Assembly (NCBI RefSeq): GCF_009914755.1
Contig: NC_060936.1
Length of the DNA: 64,000 bases
Origin: the human T2T-CHM13v2.0 reference genome, Homo sapiens
Strand: one strand, 5' to 3'
The notes under the pieces are model-generated. The model had not been told where the DNA came from. It worked only from the letters and a program-made list of their open reading frames with translations, and searched no databases. Shown piece after piece: positions 55,526 through 64,000 of this stretch. Made by a program: the position numbers and the translations under genes. Every line of letters begins with the position of its first letter. Position 1 is the first letter of the stretch.

Positions 55526-56799
55526 TCTCAATGAAAATGTCAAAAATATGAAGTGTTTTTGTTTGGGTGGACATATTGCAGGATATTTAAATTTTTTGTT
55601 TACTTCTCTGTGCTTTCTTTTCTCTCTTTTTTTCCTAACAACTCTTACTACTTCTGCTGCTACTTCTATTACTAGTCAACTACCAATTATGAAATATATT
55701 TTGAGCCAGGTTCTGGTCTATACCCTTTATGTATATCTCAAATGATCTTTCTGTGACCCTGTAAGGAAAATAAAAAAGTATATTATTGATAAAGCTAATT
55801 TAGTAATAATTCATAATTTAACCCCCTATTTAACACCAAGATCCTTTCTATAGTACTCTTCTTGCTGCCTCATCTCTTAAAAGATGGAGAATGCAATGAT
55901 TCATCAAGCAACTCATTCCTTGGGTGGAATTTTTAAGATAATTTTTGTTATATTGTGCTTCCTTTCAGTTTGTTCCTGATTCTGTCCTGTAGTAAATCAT
56001 AGAACATATCAACTTTGTGTTCACCTGTGCCATTTCATGGTGATGAAGATCATGTTGATACTGATTTTCAGATTTATGAGAGAGTTTGGTGAAATGAACC
56101 TAATATGGGACTAAAAGAAGAAGGTGTTTTAACATTCTGTAGAATAAAAGTAATGGATAGTTCAGGTGGAGCTATTTCACACAAAGAGAGTAATAAACAT
56201 GAATGAGTTACCAGGGAAGGGAATTAGAGGAAAAGATTGTAAATGAGTTTGTGTGCCTTAGATTTATTTTTCAAGGAAAGTGTAGGATTACTGGGAGCAG
56301 AAAATGGTAAAATTGAGGTCAAATGAAAAGATGGGGCCAGCGATATGACACCTCTGCTTTGAATTTCAGGTCTGGGCCAAGCCTTGGATGGATTGAACCC
56401 CTCGGTAAACTTTAACAATATCCATGCATGTCAGAAGAAGAGATGAGGGAAATTAATAGGTTTAGGAAAACATCTGCATTTAATCCAGCCAGAAATGTCA
56501 ATGGCAAATTGTATGAAGCGCAGCATTTATGAATAAAGAGTAAATACTCTTTTTTTTTTTTGTCAGGGGAGATATATTTTTATTTATTTATTTATTTTTA
56601 CTTTTCCATGCAGGTAAATTTGCCAGTAAATGCTTTCCAGATAAAATATGCTGTTGGGACTCTTAATCTATAGCAATTTATAGCAGCACCAACTTTACAT
56701 TTGAGAGTTTTAAAATCTATAGCATAGCTTTAAGGAGATATGAACAAAGTGCACTGCCATATTTTCTGTTCTTCCAAGAAAAATGTGCCCAAATCTGCC

Positions 56800-57617
56800 T
56801 TATCTGACATCATCCAGCTCAGTTAAATGTAACTCGCCCTTCCTGTTGCTCAGGCCAAAAACTTAGGAGTTAACACTGCTTTCTCTTTTCCTCTTACACT
56901 CTACCTTCAAGCTATGGGCAAAGGCTACTGGGTCTGCCTTTTAATCCATCCTAAATCTGACCTACGGGCATTACCTCAACTGCTTTCACGCTGGCCCAGG
57001 CCCCCAGCATCTCTAGCTTGTCACACTGCAGTAGCCTCCTCATTGGTCTGTGTCCATCGTCATTACTCTGTGGTGTATTCTCAACACAGCAGCCAGAGTG
57101 AGGTCAGAGCATGTCACTCCTCCACTCAGAACCCTGCAACGCCTTCTCTCTTTAAAGCTGGAATGTCCTTCCATGGTCTACCTGGCCATGATCGGCCCCT
57201 ATCACTCTTGTTCATTCTACTCAGGCCACTGAACCTGGAGTTCCATGAACATGCCATGCCAGCTCAGGGCCTTTCCATTAAGCATCTCTTCTGCTGTAAC
57301 AGCGCTCCTGCAGATAAATACATGGCTTGCTCCCCTTCTTCCTTCAAGTCATTACTTAAGTGTTACCTTCCAATCATCTTGTTTAAAATAACAACCTTAG
57401 CCCAGCCCTCTGTTCCTTAACATGCTTTATTTCTCTCCACAGTTCTTATCACCTTCTAATACATTATATAATTTGCTTTATTTATTTTTTATCTTCCCCA
57501 ACTAAAATATAAGCTTTCCTCTTTGTTTGGTTTTGGTCTTTTTGTTTACAGCTTTATACTCTTAGAAGAAGTCCTGGCATGTAGTAGTTGGACCAAAAAA
57601 TTCTTTTAGAATAAATG
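56800..57617 (+). mobile_element. L2a 3' region
   Basis: GTTGCTCAGGCCAAAAACTTAGGAGT...CAACACAGCAGCCAGAGTGA...CCTGGCATGTAGTAG. Confidence 0.88.
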
Positions 57618-57827
57618 TTGTTTATGAAAAGCACATGTTCCAAAATGATCTGACATTTTGCAAAGCCAACAACATTGTTTCTTTGGTCTTGTTTGGCAGC
57701 AAAATGGGTGCATTATATGATAGGATGGTAAGATTTGTCACAGTGCTCAGGATCATAAATAATAGTTGTCTTTTCCATTAATGAAATCCTGGAGGAACAT
57801 CACTGAGTATTAAAAAATAAAGCTTTA

Positions 57828-58242
<415 letters not shown>

Positions 58243-58834
58243 TTAACTGAAATGAACTTTATATGACCTAGAAAAAGTCCATGATGGCTTATATTCTTCT
58301 GTAAATATTTTCTAAATTGCATTTTGATTTTCAAATAAGTATCACCATTTTAAATACGTGTGAACATGAAAAGTGAGGGTATGAGGAAACTGGCATGGGA
58401 AGAATTTCAAGAGATGTGAACCTTCAGTTCAAAGTAAAAAAAAAATTTCTTGGCTTTACTCTGACCTTTTCTGGACTACTCTTTGGCTAGTCTGAAAGTT
58501 GGGATTCCAAGCATTTAAGAGGTTTTTGTTCAGGGAACTCCATGGTCTGCAGATGTGGACTTAGGTTTCTCTTGACTGTGTCAGCTGGAGCAAGCAGGTA
58601 GAGTATCAGGCATTTATTTGGTGAGAATTCAGGAGGCTTCCTTTTTTCTAGAAAAATTCAGTGGAGCTTGCCTTTAGAAGAGCAGTTTCTGGAGTAATCT
58701 GTAAAATGCTTGCTTAATTTCTAATTCTTATTTAAAATGTACGACAGAAAATGGCTAAATAGTAGTAGAGTTTTCCTCATGTCCATTATTTTTATCTTTC
58801 TTCTCTCACTTCATAGGTCATACTCCTATTGATT

Positions 58835-59116
58835 TTGCAGGTCTTAGGGTAGTTGTCTCATCTTCCAGGAAGCATTTCTCATTTCTTCAAAATCTGGGTT
58901 AGGTACCCTTTCTCTGGGCTTCCATAGTATCATGTACTTCCCACATCAGAGCACATGAATTCCAATTGCTCTTTCGTTAAATCTGTTTCCCATGGGTGGA
59001 TGTAAGTGGCAATGAAGGCAGGATCAGGTTGTTACTGCTTTTGGGGGATCCTTGGTACCTGGCACAACTGTCTAGCAGAGGTGCCACATACGTTCCATAT
59101 GTTAATGAATGAATGT
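58835..59116 (+). mobile_element. L2 3' end
   Basis: TCTTCCAGGAAGCATTTC...TACCTGGCACA...TGAATGAATG. Confidence 0.7.
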
Positions 59117-60252
59117 GTTTCTGTGGTTGTCAGCACACTGCGGTGGAATAAAAAAAAATGTTTGTCTGAATAATAGTTAGAAATGTGAAAAGAATACCCT
59201 AAAATATTAAGCAACAAACCATTTAAAATTCTTAAAGTGATATTTTAAAAAACAGCTTTTTCTGTAACTAGGACTGGAACAATACTTATACTTCCATTTC
59301 CTTGCCCCTAACATCAGAACCAATTCTAAAAGGAATATAAAGCAAAAGGAAAATCTTTGATATGTAAGCTTCTGGCTTTATATTATTAGGCACAAAATGC
59401 AATTAAATTTATTTGTTTTGGCATTCCTTGGTTATCACTGCTGCCTATTGCTGATAAGAAATACATATCAGATGTTGTTGAGAATTTGATTTCACCTACA
59501 GATATTCTTTCCTGAATGCCTTAAAGTTGTTCTCTTTTTTCCCCTTTTAGCTTTGTGCTTTTAGTTTTCAGTGACTTAAATTAACTTTTATGCAATAGCA
59601 GAAAAAATAGCAAGAATTCAAAGAAATGTGTCCCTGGTGTGCAATTGATTCTCAGCGTTTGTTATTAAATTTTTAAATAATTAAATACAAGAGAAAACAT
59701 TAAAGCAACACTAAAAAGCCTAACCATATGTTGAAAATATAAATGGGAAGGAGGGACGGGCTTGGAGATGGCCCTAGAATTAAAACTTTTCTTCTTCATT
59801 AACCGTGCCCGGTAGTACCTGTGCTGATCATTGCCATGCATGGTCAGCATGCAGAATTGTGTGCTGCAGGTGGGCTGAGCTTTGAGGAGGAGAGACATTC
59901 TTTCTTGGAAAGAGTTTGCCAAGAGGAAAGGTCAGCAGGTTAGAAGACACAAGCAAAGACAGTTTGAGTGGAGATGTGATGAGGCGGTCATCAAACAGTC
60001 CTTCAAATAAGTTGTTTTGTTGGTTTTTTACAATCTGCAGTGTTCCCAAGGTGGCACATTTCATTCCTTTCCAGAGCAAAAGGCCCGCAAGTCAGCAGTG
60101 GTAAGAATACGGAGAGCTGCCATACATTACCTGTGAGTGTGGGCTGATTAAATACTAGTTTGAAAACTGAATGTGTAATACAAAGAAGAGGAGAGCAGGA
60201 GAAAGTCAAGGTCCTCGACACGAAAATCATGCAGAATGGCAGGGCATGGGCG

Positions 60253-60705
60253 TGTTGTGGGTTTGTGTTCCCCCAACATTTATGTGTTGAAATCCTAGGC
60301 CCCAGGACCGCAAAATGTGACCGTATTTGAAAATAGGCTTGTTGCAGATGTAATTAGTTAAGATGAGGTCATAGTGGAGTAGGGTGGGCTCCTTATTCAA
60401 TATGACTGATGTGCTTAATACAAATAGGAAATTTGGACAAGATATACACACAGAAAGAACACAATATGAAGATGAAGGCAAAGATGCTTTTAAAATCCGA
60501 GGAATGCCATAGGTTACCAGCAAAACACTAGAAACTAGGTGAGAGGCATGAAACATACTCTGTCTCACAACCCCTAGAAGGAACAAACTTTGCTGACACT
60601 TGATCTTGGACTTCTAGCCTCCAGAACTGGGAGATGATAACTTTCTGTTGTTTAAGCCACCTAGTTTGTGGCACTGTGTTATGGCAGCCCTTCCAAACTA
60701 ATACA
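60253..60705 (+). mobile_element. MLT1C-like solo LTR
   Basis: TGTTGTGGG...GCAGATGTAATTAGTTAAGATGAGGTCATA...CAAACTAATACA. Confidence 0.92.
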
Positions 60706-61089
60706 GTGAGAAAGAGCACAGCTGTGAGGTCCTCATCATTCTTCACCACCTTTACAATTCAGGCAGCATTCCACCCCATACTGTGTTGCTGCGGGTCAGT
60801 CAGCAAATGTTCCTGTAATGTACTGCTGCATGCCAATTAACAAAGAGTCTCATGCCCCATTGCTGCCTATCAAGTAGCAAACGCATCTGCCACTCCTGCT
60901 AGAACTCAGCACAGCATCAGGCACTCAGAGAATGTGAAGGATATAAAAATGATTCTCGCTGTTGAGTAGTTTGTGGCAGAGACCAGATATCTCTGTGAAA
61001 AGAATACACTGAATAGTAAGAGTCCCAATGAGTGTGGCAGATATGTCATGCACATAGGGGACCCTTACAGAGGAGGGAACAACAGCAGC

Positions 61090-61290
61090 AACCAATTATT
61101 GAGAGTTATGTGTTTAATATAGTATCACCCGTGCATCATCTTCAACAAAAGCCCCATGAGCTAGATGGCATTATCATCCAGGGTTTACAGAAGAGGTAAC
61201 TAAGCATTGAGCACATAAGGAACTTGCTCAAGGTCACACGGTTAATAAGTAATGGAGCCATGATTTGAACCCAGGTCTATCAAACTAAAT
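61090..61290 (-). mobile_element. MIR
   Basis: TTTACAGAAGAGGTAACTAAG...AACTTGCTCAAGGTCACACGG...GATTTGAACCCAGGTCT. Confidence 0.85.
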
Positions 61291-61599
61291 TGGGTTAGGA
61301 AACATAACGTTTTGTGTTATATTATTGTGGCTACTATGGTCAATTGGTTCTCAACTGCACAATTACAGCATCTTGGGTATTTTAACCCACAGCCTAAATG
61401 AATTACCTGGAGGTAATTTCATTAAATAACACCACTGCTTTATTTTTTCCTTGAAAAATTGTTACAAATTTTTTAAACAGAGAGATTTCAAATTAATTCT
61501 CAGTTAAATATTGTTTAACTTTTCCCACTCTTCATTTGAGTTTTGCTTACCCGTATGATTGTGAGTTCTTCCAAGGTCAGGAATTATGTCAAATATATT

Positions 61600-62752
<1,153 letters not shown>

Positions 62753-62943
62753 AAAGAGTTCAGCTGTTAGGGGACTATTTGCTTTATCTCTGTGAATATC
62801 AGAGTATAATCATTGCCTTACAATTGGTTAGCATTTCAAAGCATTTTCATATACATTAACCCATAAAATCCTCAGAAGATACAGGGGAATTTGTAGTACA
62901 CATGTTCACTCTGAAGAAAGTGGGTTAGACACAGGTAAATTAA

Positions 62944-63283
<340 letters not shown>

Positions 63284-64000
63284 CCCTAGGTCATATAGTC
63301 AATAAATGATTTGTCAGAGCTGAAACCCAAGCATGGTCTTTCCGTTAATCCAAAGGTCTTTTCACAAAGTGACACTAACCTTGCTAAGCCTTCATAAATT
63401 TGGAGAGCCATTTCCCTAACTTGATGCATGATGCATATTTAATATATCATCTCATTAGGTAAGAGTTGAGTGTCGGTTGAGAAAATAGACCCCTTTGAGG
63501 TTTTGTCTTGGGATACCAGTTTCAAGTAGGGAGTTCTTCAGGTTTGAGTGAAAGGTTTGTATTCTTGCTGACAATCAAACAGTAGAATGTACTTGGGACT
63601 ATCTCAAAGAGACATCTGTTCTCAGAGAGTGTTATGTGACTTTGAATGTCATTGAGCATTCCAACCCTGAAGGAATCATTTGAATATTCTCAGATTCAGA
63701 CTTCTCTTTGACTGAAACATGAAGTCTTTGAAAAGAAATTAAAACTTTCCCTGTTAGTTATTTTAAAGGGTAAATAAGGTGGAAAAAGGTGTTCTTCTAT
63801 GCTTTCAAGAAACATTAGAGAAGCCAGCCCGAAACAGCATTATCATGCAGGAAGAGGACCCAGTACCATGGAAGAGAAAGTCAGCCTATTATGAGGAGAG
63901 AGGGAAAGGATGCTCATGTGTGTTTAGTTTCTATTATCCATTGAGCATGGTTTCCACACTTTATCTGTGATCAAGTCGATGTGTAAACCTGTACAGGAGA

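Noticed and set aside
55258-55745. Three overlapping ORFs rich in P/S/F/L
   Set aside because: Artefact of a stop-free polypyrimidine tract
56914-57420. Longest ORF (168 aa)
   Set aside because: Lies wholly in decayed L2 sequence; no domain or exon support

Overview
This is primate (human-like) non-coding genomic DNA, either intergenic or deep intronic. It is AT-rich, CpG-depleted and has no CpG island. I see no supportable protein-coding exon, RNA gene or CRISPR array, and no prokaryote-type system; the listed ORFs are chance or repeat-derived. Much of the window is transposable-element fossils: 15 Alus, L1PA/L1MA/L1ME fragments, L2, MIR, MaLR/ERVL/ERV1 LTRs and Tigger/Charlie DNA transposons, many nested and with readable target-site duplications (TSDs). 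Subfamily names come from recalled consensus sequences, not from a database search. The most notable structure that standard repeats do not explain is an ungapped 252-bp inverted repeat of about 92% identity (51204-51455 / 52384-52635) around a 928-bp spacer. Each arm carries a MARE/AP-1 site, and the locus is a candidate for recurrent inversion. Also notable are a palindrome-associated inversion/duplication at the 5' end of a MER1A, a decayed ERV-L integrase-dUTPase relic, a (GGAA)13 microsatellite and several small template-switch scars. I cannot support a claim of a new biological system.
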